64,000 nt of DNA from an uncultured Bacilli bacterium. Lineage in GTDB: Bacteria; Bacillota_I; Bacilli_A; Mycoplasmatales; Mycoplasmoidaceae. Position numbers and translations under genes: made by a program. Shown one piece after another: positions 1-11,744 of the stretch (positions are counted from its first letter, which is position 1; each line of letters starts with the position of its first letter). The notes beneath the pieces are model-generated. The model worked only from the letters and a program-made list of their open reading frames with translations, was not told the DNA's origin and ran no database searches. Location: contig CAJGBT010000001.1 in assembly GCA_904501665.1 (NCBI GenBank), positions 657 to 64,656 on the forward strand, written 5' to 3'.

Positions 1-2895
1 GTTTTCTCATCTTTATTGGGTGTTTGTGTGTTAACTCCAATTGTTGTTAGTACATTAAACACTACTAATCCAACTATGACATCTGATGTTATCTTGCAAG
101 GCAATAATAAAAATTTAGCAAGAAGTGGAGCTCGATCATTTAATATTAAAAAAAATAATAGTGCTATTAAATATACATATAATAATGCAGTATTAGATCC
201 AGAAGGACAACTACCTGATTTACAACTTATGCTAGGTTCTTTTCCTGATAGAGAAAATATAGTAACTAATGGTACATTGTTTAAACGAGGATATACTTTG
301 CGTATATATCCTGATAATGTAACTAAAAAGATGAAATTAGATACTGTTGGGTATAATGGTTATCCATTAGATAATCCTACTCCATTACCTTTTGGATTTG
401 AATATACACCAGATGGTGATCCAGAGGCTTTTGGCGAATATTTCCGTTTTGGATATTACAATGATGAAAATTGAAATAAAAAGGATGATATTGCCTGAAA
501 AGATTCAGGTGGTAATTATTGATATACAACCAATGAATGAAAACCTGAAGTTGTAAATAATTATAATGGTGCAGTACTTCAAGGGGTTATCCAATTACAA
601 GTTCCAGGTTATTGATTTAGAAATTGGGATGATTCTCCTGAACGTAATTATTGATGAGCTAAAGTTCCTCCTAGTTTAGGTGGGCTTCCTTATAAGAGTG
701 ATGATGACTTAATTCATGCTCGTAATATTCAAGATGGTTTTGATGCAGTTAGATATCGTGACTCTACATATCAATTTGTGGATGATCCTAATAGTGATTG
801 ATATGTTGGTCAATTATCATTAGGTGTTTATGACAATAAGTTTTGAAAAGGAAGCACCAATGAAGATGATAAATCAAAAATTACATGAAGTCTAACTGAT
901 AATATTTCTAGCGTTAACAAATTTCAAGGTACTATGGATGAATTTGTTGATCAATTAACTGCAGATAACTTAAGTAAATATGTATCTATTAATGCCTTTA
1001 ATACTCCTAGTTTTTGTTTAGATGATGCAATTATTAATGCATCAGTTAATCAAAGTGGTGTATTACTTAACATTACTACTTTAAGATCATTTGAACCGAG
1101 TTTAGAACTTAAGTATGATGAACCTAATCGTATTAATGTTTTAAAAAATAAACAATGAATTACAAACAACTCTAAAAGTTTTAGCATAAACATTCCAGCT
1201 AGTTGTTTTACAGGTATTTCTACTAGTACATCTTTAAAAGCAAAAGTAATTGATGTGAATGATGATGAATTTAAAAATATTTTCACTAATTTTTTAGGTA
1301 AAGGTTTTAATATTGATTTTTATCATAATCTTGAATTGGTAAAAAATATCTTAATTACATACATTAACAATAACATTAATTTATTTTTTGTTAACCCTAC
1401 TTTATCTACAAAGGTAAATAATTTAGATTTAACAATAACATCAAATAATAAAATTACTATTAATAATGTATCATTTGTTGGTTATCAATCTAATGGTAAT
1501 ATATCTACTACATTAGAAAGCAAATCTTCTCCTTGAGAAATTGTTAATTTAAAAAACCCACCATCAGATTCAACCATTACTGAAATGGTTAAGAAAGTTA
1601 TGACAACTAAGTTAACAGAAGATGTTAGTAAAGATAAACCAACAATTGTTAATAAAGATCTTCTAGTTGCTCAATTGGTAAGTGTATTAAATGAATTGAA
1701 AGAACCAGGTAGTCCTACTAATTTAGCAAGTGACACATGAGATGGTTTACCACAATCTTACTTACCAAGTGGTGGTATTTTCACTAATTTAAATATTGCA
1801 ATTGATAAAAATCAAATTGTAGTACCTAATAAATTTGATTCTAGCATTTCATCTTATGCTTATAACATCCCAGAATTTCAAATTGGTTTAGCTTCAATTC
1901 CTAAAATAACAATTGCTATTATTAATCCTAATTATTCATTAGACAATGATCAAAATGGTCCAAGCACTGATGATAGTACAACAAGTACAGTTCTAAAAGC
2001 AAAGATACTTGATGTTAATAGCAATGAATTTAAAAGTATTTTTACTAACTTTTTAAGTAGAGGGTTTAACATTGATTTTTATCAAAATATTGAGTTGGTA
2101 AAAAATATCTTAATTTCATATATTAATAACAATATAAATTTATTTTTTAATAACCCAAGTTTATCTACAAGGGTAAATAGTTTGGATTTAACTATAACAT
2201 CAAATGATAAGATTGCTATTAATAATGTATCTTTTATTGGTTTTCAAAATGATGGTAATATCTCTACTACATTAGAAAGTAAAACTTCTCCATGAGAAAT
2301 TGCTAATCTAAAAAATCCTCCATCAAGTACATTAATTGCACAAACAGTTAAAAATGTTATGACTACCAAGTTAACAAATGATGTTAATAGTGATAAACAA
2401 ATGATTACTAGCAATAGTACTTTACTTGAAGAATTAGCAAATGCTCTAAATAGTTTAAAAGATCCAACTAATAATTGGGATGGTTTCCCACAATCATACT
2501 TACCTAATGGTAATATTTTTACTAGTTCAAATATTGCAATTGATAAAACTCAAATCATAGTACCTAATCAATTCAATTCTAGTATTTCAACTTATGTATA
2601 TAATATTCCAGAAATTCAATTAGGTTCAGCTTCGATTCCAAATATAGCAATTGTTATCAAGAATCCAAAATATTCAGAGACAGACCAAAACAATCCAAAT
2701 ACTAATCCCCCAAGCAATGACAATAGTTCAGGTACCAACATTCCTACAACAAATGTAAAAGAACATTCTTCAACAAATAATACACTACCTATTGTACTTG
2801 GAGTTATTGGTGGAATCTTATTATTAATTTTATTGGTGATCTTGATTTCTTTCATTGCTAGAAGACAAAGAAGAGATAGTGATTGATATTATTAA
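1..2895 (+). CDS. Large surface/membrane protein, 5' end lies outside the window. It has a Trp-rich N-terminal region, a 2 x 253-aa internal duplication and a C-terminal TM anchor
   Basis: ORF pieces 16-474, 934-1158, 1255-1536, 2095-2295 and 2359-2886 are all in frame 1 and separated only by TGA. With TGA=Trp the true stop is TAA at 2893-2895. A hydrophobic stretch LPIVLGVIGGILLLILLVILISFI followed by RRQRRD lies at the C-terminus. Confidence 0.7.
1225..2742 (+). repeat. Tandem in-frame duplication, 2 x ~759 bp, diverged, inside the surface-protein gene
   Basis: STSLKAKVIDVNDDEFKNIFTNFLGKGFNIDFY...TLESKSSPWEIVNLKNPP (from 1225) recurs as STVLKAKILDVNSNEFKSIFTNFLSRGFNIDFY...TLESKTSPWEIANLKNPP (from 1984). 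The period is 759 nt. Confidence 0.8.
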
Positions 2896-3065
2896 TTTAT
2901 AAGAGTTAGCAATATTTTATTTTAAAACATTTAGAACATTAAATTCACTAAATCTAAAGGTTGTTTAAAACTAATTAATAGCATTATTTAATATATAATA
3001 AGTTTAGATTTTTGAATCTATAAGATGGTTTTTAAACAAATTAATGTTGATAGTGGTAAATTATA

Positions 3066-3203
3066 ATGAGAAAATTAGTTATTAATCCAACTAATATTAA
3101 AAATTTTAGAGGAATTAAAAATTGTTTTCTTGCTTTTAGTGAACATTTTAATTTAATTGAAGGTGAAAATTGTCTGAGAAAAACAAGAAGTGTAGCAATT
3201 TTA
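3066..3203 (+). pseudogene. 45-aa N-terminal fragment resembling an OLD/AAA_15-type ATPase with a degenerate Walker A motif
   Basis: MRKLVINPTNIKNFRGIKNCFLAFSEHFNLIEGENCLRKTRSVAIL resembles the IKNFRSI...LIGENNSGKS start of OLD/RecF-like ATPases. It is truncated after 45 aa. Confidence 0.3.
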
Positions 3204-3269
3204 TAAGAAAATCAATTAGAGCTACATGCTAATTGCTACACATAGTAATTTATTTAGATCATAATTTTG

Positions 3270-3907
3270 TTAGGAAACAAAATTTTGTAGATCAGTACTT
3301 GCAATATGTCTTGTGCAATTTCTTATTTGATGAATAACACATTTTTGAATATTTACATCTGGGAATACTACTTTAAATGATTCAAAAATAGCTTTTAGAT
3401 TATAACAACAAGCTAATAAAATATCTTGTCTACCACGTGATTTAAGTTCATTAAATATATTCAATCATTGTCTATCTGATTCACTTTCAGCTATTCAAAA
3501 CCCTAATATTTCTTTATATCCATCTATATTTATATCAATTATTATGTATACAGATTTTTCTACATATAAAGATTCTTCTCAACTTTAAATCCAATACCAT
3601 CAACATATACAATAGGATAATTGAATCTAATGGCCTTAGTTGTCATGTTGCAATTTCAGGTAGTATTCTATTAGTAATTCTTGAGATTGTATCTTTATCA
3701 AGATCACAATAAAACATTTGATATAAAGTTTCTTGAATATCTCTAGTAGACATTCCCTTTGAATAAAGAAATAAAATTTGGTCTTCAATTTATTGAATAT
3801 TTCTTTGATACCTTTTTACAATTTTTGGTTCAAAAGTAGAGTTATGATCTCTTGGTACATTAATAGTCACTTTACCATTTGATGTTACTTCGATGAAATT
3901 CTTTTTC
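3270..3907 (-). pseudogene. IS256-family (Mutator-like) transposase remnant, truncated at both ends and carrying an in-frame stop and a frameshift
   Basis: The minus-strand reading gives VTINVPRDHNSTFEPKIVKRYQRNIQ*IEDQILFLYSKGMSTRDIQ, then after a frame change ...DGYKEILGFWIAESESDRQWLNIFNELKSRGRQDILLACCYNLKAIFESFKVVFPDVNIQKCVIHQIRN. These are typical IS256-type motifs. Only about 640 nt remain of the ~1.2 kb expected. Confidence 0.7.
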
Positions 3908-4132
3908 ATTACTATCTTTCATACTCACTCTTTTATTAATTTTAATTTCTAAAAGTGAATTTCTCCAAAATTATCTACAATCCAATTGAAACATTATGAA
4001 TTTTACAAATTTATATAATTTTGTTATAGTTATAAGTATAATATTTAAAATGCTTTTACACATTGTGTTGTTTTTATTGCTATTATATTTCAATAATAAA
4101 ATATTACACATAAGAAAATAAGGAGATAATTA

Positions 4133-5882
4133 ATGAAGTTAAAAAAATTATTACCTTTCCAATTAGGGGGGGGCTTTGACCGTAGCAGCAGCACCTATTA
4201 TTGGTGTAGCTGTTAGTTGTTCGTCAACACCTGCTACTGATTCTTTTAAAGCAAATAGTGGTGTAGTTGGTGATAGTGGTATAAGTACTACTGGATTTAA
4301 AGATGTTGTATCTAAACTAAATCTATCTAATACAACTACATTATCAACATTAACTAATGATTCTCTTAATGATTTATTAAAAGAAACTGATTATAAAGAC
4401 TTGAAATTAGCTATTCAAGATGGATCAAGTGAAGTTACTGGTACCTTAAAATTAAAAGTAACTGGTACATATAATGGCAAAACTTATAATGATGACATCA
4501 CTATTAGTAATTTTCTTCATTTAGGAACATCATCTACTTTTACTGTTAGTGATGTTAAGATTAACAAGGAAGAATGATTTGCTAATGGACAACCTTATAG
4601 TGGTAGTGAAAATCAATTAGGTTCGCTTAATGAAAATCTTGATAAACAATTAATAACATTTAAATTTAATGGAACTGAAATTGATTTTGCAGAACTAAAA
4701 ACAATTGCTAATATTCAAAATGCTAATTGAAAATTAAGTGATGATAAAACTAAAGTAGAAAATATTTCATTTGAATTAACTCCAACTAGTAAACAAAAAG
4801 AATTTAAAGATGGGACATGAAAAGAAGTTAATAATAATCCTAGTAGTTTAACACAGCAAAACCCAGCACAAGTTAATTTACCTATATTTAAAGATTTAAT
4901 GCAAATTGTAATTGATGGTCTTAAAATTAAAAAAGAAACTACATCAAAATTCTATCCATCTTATTTTTATGGATTAGTCAAATTTGCTCTTGGTGGAGAT
5001 AATAATAATGATTCTAATATTAATGAAAATGTATTAGAAGCTGTAATTGAAGGATGTATAGATGATACTGATATTCAAAAATATAATCAATATTCAACTT
5101 TACAAGATATTAAACTAGATTTTTCAAAAAGTAAAGATGCTTACAAAGCAGATGATTTTAATGGTACTTTTGATTTTGATATAACACTAACTTATAATGA
5201 TATAACACTAAATAGAAAATTTAATTCTTCTGATTTTAAGAAAATGGATAGCAGTAAAATTCCTGAAAAAATAACATCTACTATTCAAATTAAAGATAAT
5301 GAAAGCAATTATTTTATTAAACAATTTGCTAATGCAGAATTTAAACCTAATGAAGACAATCCAAATAATGTAATAAGTCAAATAGAAAAAGTTAAATCCG
5401 GAGAGACACTAAGTGATGACGAACAGAGGGATCTTGAAAACAAAACTAATAAAATTAGTAATTCTTTCTTTTCAAATGGAGCAATTTATCCAGTTAGATC
5501 AGAAAAAGAACCTGATGAAGATATAAACAGATATATACCTAGATTAAATGAAAATCTTGATTTTAACATGCTAAATAGTCAAAAGGTAACTTTTGGTCGA
5601 TTTCAAGTAATGGTAAAAGATAAGGGGGTAAGTTTTGATTATGATTCAGGGTTATTTAACTATGATGGAAATGAAGAGAACATTTTTTTAATTAGTTTAA
5701 TTGAATTAAAAGTTAAAGGTGGTGAAGCAAAAGATGTTAAGTTAGAAAAAGTTGATGATGGTGTAAAGCTATCATTTAAGCGAGACATAAACATTGCTTT
5801 TAATAATAAAACTATCACACAAACAACTACTTTTGAAGCAACCATTAAAAACACATTTCCAAAAACCTCAACTAATATATAA
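4133..5882 (+). CDS. Lipoprotein, currently out of frame (phase OFF) because of a G9 tract in the signal-peptide region
   Basis: AGGAG lies upstream of the ATG at 4133. With G9, MKLKKLLPFQLGGG runs into TAG at 4183. A +1 shift gives ...GGGALTVAAAPIIGVAVSC|SSTP, a lipobox, continuous with frame-0 ORFs 4176-4577 and 4899-5882 that are joined by TGA. The stop is TAA at 5880-5882. Confidence 0.75.
4165..4173 (+). repeat. Poly-G homopolymer (G9) inside the lipoprotein signal-peptide coding region
   Basis: Counted directly in ...caatta GGGGGGGGG ctttgacc... Confidence 0.9.
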
Positions 5883-5962
5883 AAAATTTTTAAGTTTGAC
5901 ATTACTTATGTACTACATATTTATATGCTAAAAACTTTTGTATAATATAAATATTGATTATT

Positions 5963-7798
5963 ATGTGTGGAATTGTAGGATATATAACTTATAAAAAAGA
6001 TGCTATTCATAAAGCAATTGAAGTTTTAAAAAAATTAGAATATCGTGGATATGATTCTGCTGGTATTGGTTATTTAGATAATAATAAACAAATTCAAATT
6101 AAGAAAGCAAAAGGAAAGATTAATAATCTAGAAAAACAATTAAATTATAAACTTGATTCAAGTTGTGCTATTGCTCACACTAGATGAGCTACCCATGGTA
6201 TTGTTAATGATATTAATGCACATCCACATTATGGTGAAAATGTTATCTTAGTTCAAAATGGAATTATTGAAAATTATTTAGAACTTAAAAAGACATTAAT
6301 GGATAAAAATATAAAGTTTTATTCTCAAACTGACACAGAAGTTATAACTAAACTAATTGATTACCAGTATTCTATTTTAAAAGATCCAATTAAAGCAATT
6401 AGATCTGCTTGTAAACAAGCTAAGGGTACATATGCTTTATTAATGATGTTTAAACAACAACACAATGTTTTATATGCAGTTTGTGAAAATGCTCCATTAG
6501 TAATTGTTCAAAACAATAATGATGGTTTTGTTGTAGCTAGTGATGTAAATTCTATTAATAATTTTGGTACTAATGATTTTTGGTTTTTAAAAGCAAAGGA
6601 AATTGTAGTTATTGAACAAAATAAAATCCTATTTTTAGACGAAAAGAATCATGTTTTTAAAAAGAAGACAACAAGAGTTAGCATTGATAAACAAGAAAGT
6701 GATAAACAAGGTTTTAAAACCTTTATGCTTAAAGAAATATATGAACAGACTAGTGTTTTATCAAAAGTACTAACTACTTATACTAGTCAAGGTAAGATAA
6801 AATTCACTTTTAATAAGGTTTTAAACAACAACTTCTTAAAAAAAATAGATAAGGTTAGGATTATTGGCTGTGGTAGTGCATATAACTCAGGTTTATTAAG
6901 TCAAACCTTTTTTAATGAATTAGCTAGCATTAAACTTGAATTAATTATTGCAAGTGAATTTAGATATCAAAAATTTATTAAGGAAAAAAATGTTTTAAAT
7001 ATCATTATTTCACAATCTGGTGAAACTGCTGATACTATAGCTTCTTTAAGGTTATTAAAAAAACAAAAAGAAATAATTGTTGCTATTGTTAATAATGTTA
7101 ATTCAACTATTGCTAATGAAGCAGATTTTGTTATTAGTATGAATTGTGGTATTGAACAAGCTGTAGCATCTACTAAAGCATATTCATCAACTTCTTTTAT
7201 TCTCCACTTATTAGCTTTCTATATCGGAAAACTTAAAAATAGCCATCAAATTAATGATGCTTTTTTTATTAAACAAGCTTATAGTAGTATTAATCTTGCT
7301 AATAATTTAATTACTAACAATGATATTGAAAAAATTGTTTCGAAAATTTATAAATTTAAAAATATTTTTTTTATTGGTCGAGGTATTAATTATGCAATAT
7401 GCACAGAAGCCTCATTAAAGTTAAAAGAGCTTAGTTATTTAAATGCTAATGCTTATCCAGCTGGTGAATTAAAACATGGACCAATTTCATTAATTGATCA
7501 CAAAAGCTTATCAATTGCCATTGTGGCTAATGATAATCAAATAATTAATGAAAAGACATTATCTAATATTAAGGAAATTGAAACCCGTAATGGTAATATT
7601 TTATTATTAGCAAGTGAAAATTACAAAAAGTACTTAAATAAAGGTAATATGTTTATTAATAATTTTGCTTCTGATAACCTTTTTAGTTACATCCCATCAA
7701 TTTATATCATTCAATTAATCGCTTATTATACTGCTCTAAAATTAGGTAATGATGTTGATTGTCCAAGAAACTTGGCAAAATCAGTTACTGTTGAATAG
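5963..7798 (+). CDS. glmS: Glutamine--fructose-6-phosphate aminotransferase
   Basis: It starts MCGIVGY (catalytic Cys2). HTR-W(TGA)-ATHG joins ORFs 5954-6187 and 6299-7798. SIS-domain motifs and a C-terminal KSVTVE are present. Confidence 0.9.
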
Positions 7799-7858
7799 TT
7801 TTTTTATTGATGGTGAAAATTTGATTTAAATATATATAATTAAAAAGATTAATTTATT

Positions 7859-9412
7859 ATGAATGCTAGTTTTGAAAAAATCAGGAAAAATATTGCTCAA
7901 CTAATATATATCAAACATTTTGCTAGAAAGAACTCTGTATATTCTGTAATTAATGTTTTTTATAATATTTTTATTATTGCTATCTCCTTAACTGGTATTA
8001 TCCCCTTTGTTTTTCATCTTATATATCCAAATTTTAATGATCATAATGTATTAAATGGTTATTATATTTCAGTTATAATTTTTTGCATCATATATATTTT
8101 TGATTTCTTATTAAGACTTCTAACCTTAGATATTTATTACGAAACATCTTATAAAAAAGCCCTGAAGAAACAGCTTTTTAGTTATTATTCAAATTATCAA
8201 TTCCTATCTAGTATAACTTGTTTGATATTGATCATTGTTTTTAGCAAACAAGATAATGGATTGATTATTTTTAGCAATAATGGTACTTTCACTAATGATA
8301 TGGCAATGATTGTTTTTGCAATTTTATTCCTTTTGAATTTCATGGCAATCTTTTTCCGTTTATTTATTTTTCATACAAATTCAGAAAATTTAAATACATT
8401 AAAAAGGATTTTATACTCAAAAAGGAAATCTATAATAATTACTTTTATTGTTATGATTGTGTCATGACTAATCTTTTCTTATCTAGTTTTTATGGTAGAA
8501 AGAGATTCAAATTCAAATATCAATAATATGCCAGATGCAATGTATTTTACATTTATCTCAATGACTACAGTTGGATTAGGTGATATCACTCCTATAACTA
8601 CATCTGGTAAAATATTTTCAGTTGTTATTGCTATTTTTGGTGCTTGCTTTTATGCCTATGTTGGTAGTATTTTTGTAAACATATATATTGAATACATCAA
8701 TAAAATTAAACAAATTAGATATGAAATTAAAAATCAAAGGGAAAAAGAAAATGATAACAAAAAAATGTTAGCCGAAATTAATGATATTGTTTTAAAAAAC
8801 CTTTATTTAAGTGGTTTAATTAATAAGAGTAAGTATAATAAACTATTAAAATTACACCAACAAGAAAAAAAGAAAGAACAAATTAACTATTCCTTAACTG
8901 ATTTTAATTTTGATAAAAAATTACAAAAAATTTTTTTAGATAATCATGAATTAGGTTTAAAGATCATTAATAAGGAATCTATTAAAGAGGCACGTACAAA
9001 GAGTTGATTGATTCATCATGATGAATCTAAATCGCCAATAGTCTTATATAAAATGCCATCTAAATTTATTCAACGAATTAAAGAAAGTCAACAAATGCCT
9101 GTTATTTTTACATCAAATTTTATCAATGAGAACATTAATAAAGTATTAGTTTTTAATAAAAAATCACTTAAAGCATGTGTTTTAGAACTTAATTTATATG
9201 CATCTTTGACATTTGAAAAGGAAAATGCTTGAGCTGAATTTGGTAGTTTTACAAATATGTCTAAAAATAAATTTGATGCTATTTTTAAGAAATCAGAAAG
9301 TATTAATGTACTTTTAATCAAAAATTTTATAATTTATGACAAAATAAAACCATTAGAAAGTTTTGGTATTAACACAAATATTAAGATAAATTCTATTTAT
9401 TATTTGAAATAA
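7859..9412 (+). CDS. Potassium channel family protein (multi-TM, TTVGLGD selectivity filter) with a long C-terminal cytoplasmic domain
   Basis: Frame-2 ORFs 7859-8467, 8492-9007 and 9008-9232 are joined by TGA. The pore signature is MTTVGLGDITP. The stop is TAA at 9410-9412. Confidence 0.7.
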
Positions 9413-9513
9413 TAAATGTATTTAAAAAATAAAACATTCATAAAATTAATAAAAAAACATATGTTTTTATAATATAATGAATTGTTGAGTAAAATATTAA
9501 GTAGGAGAACAAA

Positions 9514-10008
9514 ATGGCTACTAAAAAATTATCACGAAGTGAAATTTTAAGATTAATTAAGGAAGAAGAGAAAAAAATTGAGATTGCAAAGGATAGAAAA
9601 GATTCATTTCAATTAGTAAAGGAATCAAAACCTAGCAAACCAAAAACTAGAAAAAGTGCTGTTAAAAGTAGTTCATCAAGCAACAAAACAAGAAAAACAT
9701 CAGTTTCTAGTAAGAAAGAAAATGTCCCACCAAGCATACCACCTGTTTATGTTTTTAATAAGGATAAGGATAATAAAGCACCAATTAAAACTATGCCAAT
9801 CCCACCTAAGTTTGAAAATAAAGTTGAAAAGGTTAGTGCACAAAAGGAAGAAGTAGTTGCAAGCACAAATAGTAATAATGAAAATAAAGTATCTAAAAAA
9901 GGACAACTAATTTTTGCTATTACTAGTATAGTTGTCGGTCTTTTGTTAATTGCTGTAATTGTAATTATTATCCTTGGTATTAGTTCAGGTTGAAAATTTA
10001 AATTTTAG
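9514..10008 (+). CDS. Hypothetical Lys/Ser/Pro-rich protein with a C-terminal TM anchor
   Basis: GGAG lies upstream of the ATG. The sequence is low complexity and basic, followed by LIFAITSIVVGLLLIAVIVIIILGI. TGA readthrough reaches TAG at 10006-10008. Confidence 0.55.
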
Positions 10009-10049
10009 TAATGGTTGATTAATAATCATTTATAATAAGTAGATTTTTC

Positions 10050-10937
10050 ATGAGTTCAAAAACAAAAAAAACAAATAATGAAATAATAAATATTGGAAAA
10101 GATCTTTCTGAATTAAAACAAGAACGAGAATCTTTAAGAGATTATTATCAGGTCTTAAAGGAAAGACGAGAAAGAATAATTGCTTTAAAAAAGATTAAAG
10201 ATAATCACAAGCGACGAGTTGCCATTAAACAAGAAAATGAAGTTCTTGAAAATGTACCATTGCTTTTCCAAAAAGGTGAATTTAAGGGTAAAACAAGTAA
10301 TCTATTAGTTAAATCAAAATTAATGGAAGAAGATGATCAAAAACAATTAAGGCACAAAATCGATAGAACCTTAAATCAAAGTGATCGTCCTATCAATGTC
10401 AATGACTATGCCGGTAAACCATTAGAAGTAAAAGATGTTTCTTCTCGTAAATACGAAACAATTGTCGAACAATTAAATTCAAGAAGAGAAAATTTAACTC
10501 AAACTGTCCCTGATATTGTTGAACCAAAAATTGATTTATCGTCAAATAAAAATGTTCCTCCTCCACCACCTGTTTTGGTTAATAAAAATCTTGCAAACGC
10601 TCCTGCTATTACTCAAAAACAGGTAATTAATACTAATAATCAAACACAACCACAAATAGTACAACCGCAAGATGTAAATTCAACTAATATTATTCAACCT
10701 GAATCTGCATTAATATTAGATCCATATGAAAAGCAAGAATCAAAGTGAGAAATTAGAGAAAATATTCATAAATTGATGCCAAAATATTCTCCATTGTTTG
10801 TAACAATGATTGTAATCTTACTAATTTTACTTATATTATTGTTATTATTATTACTTATTTGGGGATTTGCTAGTGATTGAAGTTTTGGTGATCCAAAAGA
10901 TTTATTTAATGATATTAAAAACTTTTTTCAATTTTAA
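10050..10937 (+). CDS. Hypothetical coiled-coil/Pro-Gln-rich protein with a C-terminal TM anchor
   Basis: ORF 10050-10748 extends through TGA to TAA at 10935-10937. The C-terminal stretch is LFVTMIVILLILLILLLLLLLIWGF. Confidence 0.55.
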
Positions 10938-10952
10938 TTTATAGGAGATTTT

Positions 10953-11180
10953 ATGGCTCTAGCATTAGGACTAGCTCTAGGTTTAGGTATCCCATTTTCA
11001 CTAATTATTGGTGCAGCAATTGGTTATTATATTGCTACTAAAATTTTTAAAAGACAACTAAAAAAGAATCCTCCTATTAGTAAGGATACAATTAGAATGA
11101 TTTATCGACAAGTTGGTAGACAACCATCTGAAAAGCAAGTTAATGAAATATACAACCGAGTTGTGAAAAAATCAGATTAA
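10953..11180 (+). CDS. UPF0154 (YneF-like) small membrane protein
   Basis: 75 aa with an N-terminal TM helix followed by KKNPPISKDTIRMIYRQVGRQPSEKQVNEI, the typical family signature. Confidence 0.7.
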   Translation: MALALGLALGLGIPFSLIIGAAIGYYIATKIFKRQLKKNPPISKDTIRMIYRQVGRQPSEKQVNEIYNRVVKKSD

Positions 11181-11743
11181 TGGCTTTTATCAAATCAGCA
11201 TCAACTTTTTGTGATTTAATAATAGATAATATTCCAGAGGTTTGTTTAATTGGTCGTTCAAATGTAGGAAAATCTTCAATTGTTAATGCTATATGTAAAC
11301 AAGCAATTGCTAAGGTTTCATCTAAACCTGGTTATACCCAATTAATAAATTATTATGATTGTGAAAAATTTAGATTAGTTGATTTACCAGGTTATGGATA
11401 TGCTAACGTTAGTAAATCAAAACAAAATTTTTTAGTAAATTTGGTCGAAATGTATTTGCAAAAAGCAAAGAATTTAAAAGCTATATTTCAAGTGTGTGAT
11501 ATTAATGTTATTACTGATTTAGATCGTCAAATGGCTGCTTTTTTTCAAAAACAACAAATCAATCATTATATTGTTTTAAATAAAGTAGATAAGCAAAGTG
11601 GTAATTATAAAAATCAAATTCATAAAATTTTAAATTTTTTTTCAGTTGAAGAAAGTAAAATTATTATTATTAGTGCTATTAAAAAAACAAATATAGATTT
11701 TTTAGTTAATAAGATGATTGAAGCAAGCAGATTAAAAGGTTAG
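11180..11743 (+). CDS. engB: Ribosome biogenesis GTP-binding protein YsxC/EngB
   Basis: It has a GRSNVGKSS P-loop, DLPGYGY and NKVDK motifs, and a TAATG overlap with the upstream gene. Confidence 0.85.
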   Translation: MAFIKSASTFCDLIIDNIPEVCLIGRSNVGKSSIVNAICKQAIAKVSSKPGYTQLINYYDCEKFRLVDLPGYGYANVSKSKQNFLVNLVEMYLQKAKNLKAIFQVCDINVITDLDRQMAAFFQKQQINHYIVLNKVDKQSGNYKNQIHKILNFFSVEESKIIIISAIKKTNIDFLVNKMIEASRLKG

Positions 11744-11744
11744 T

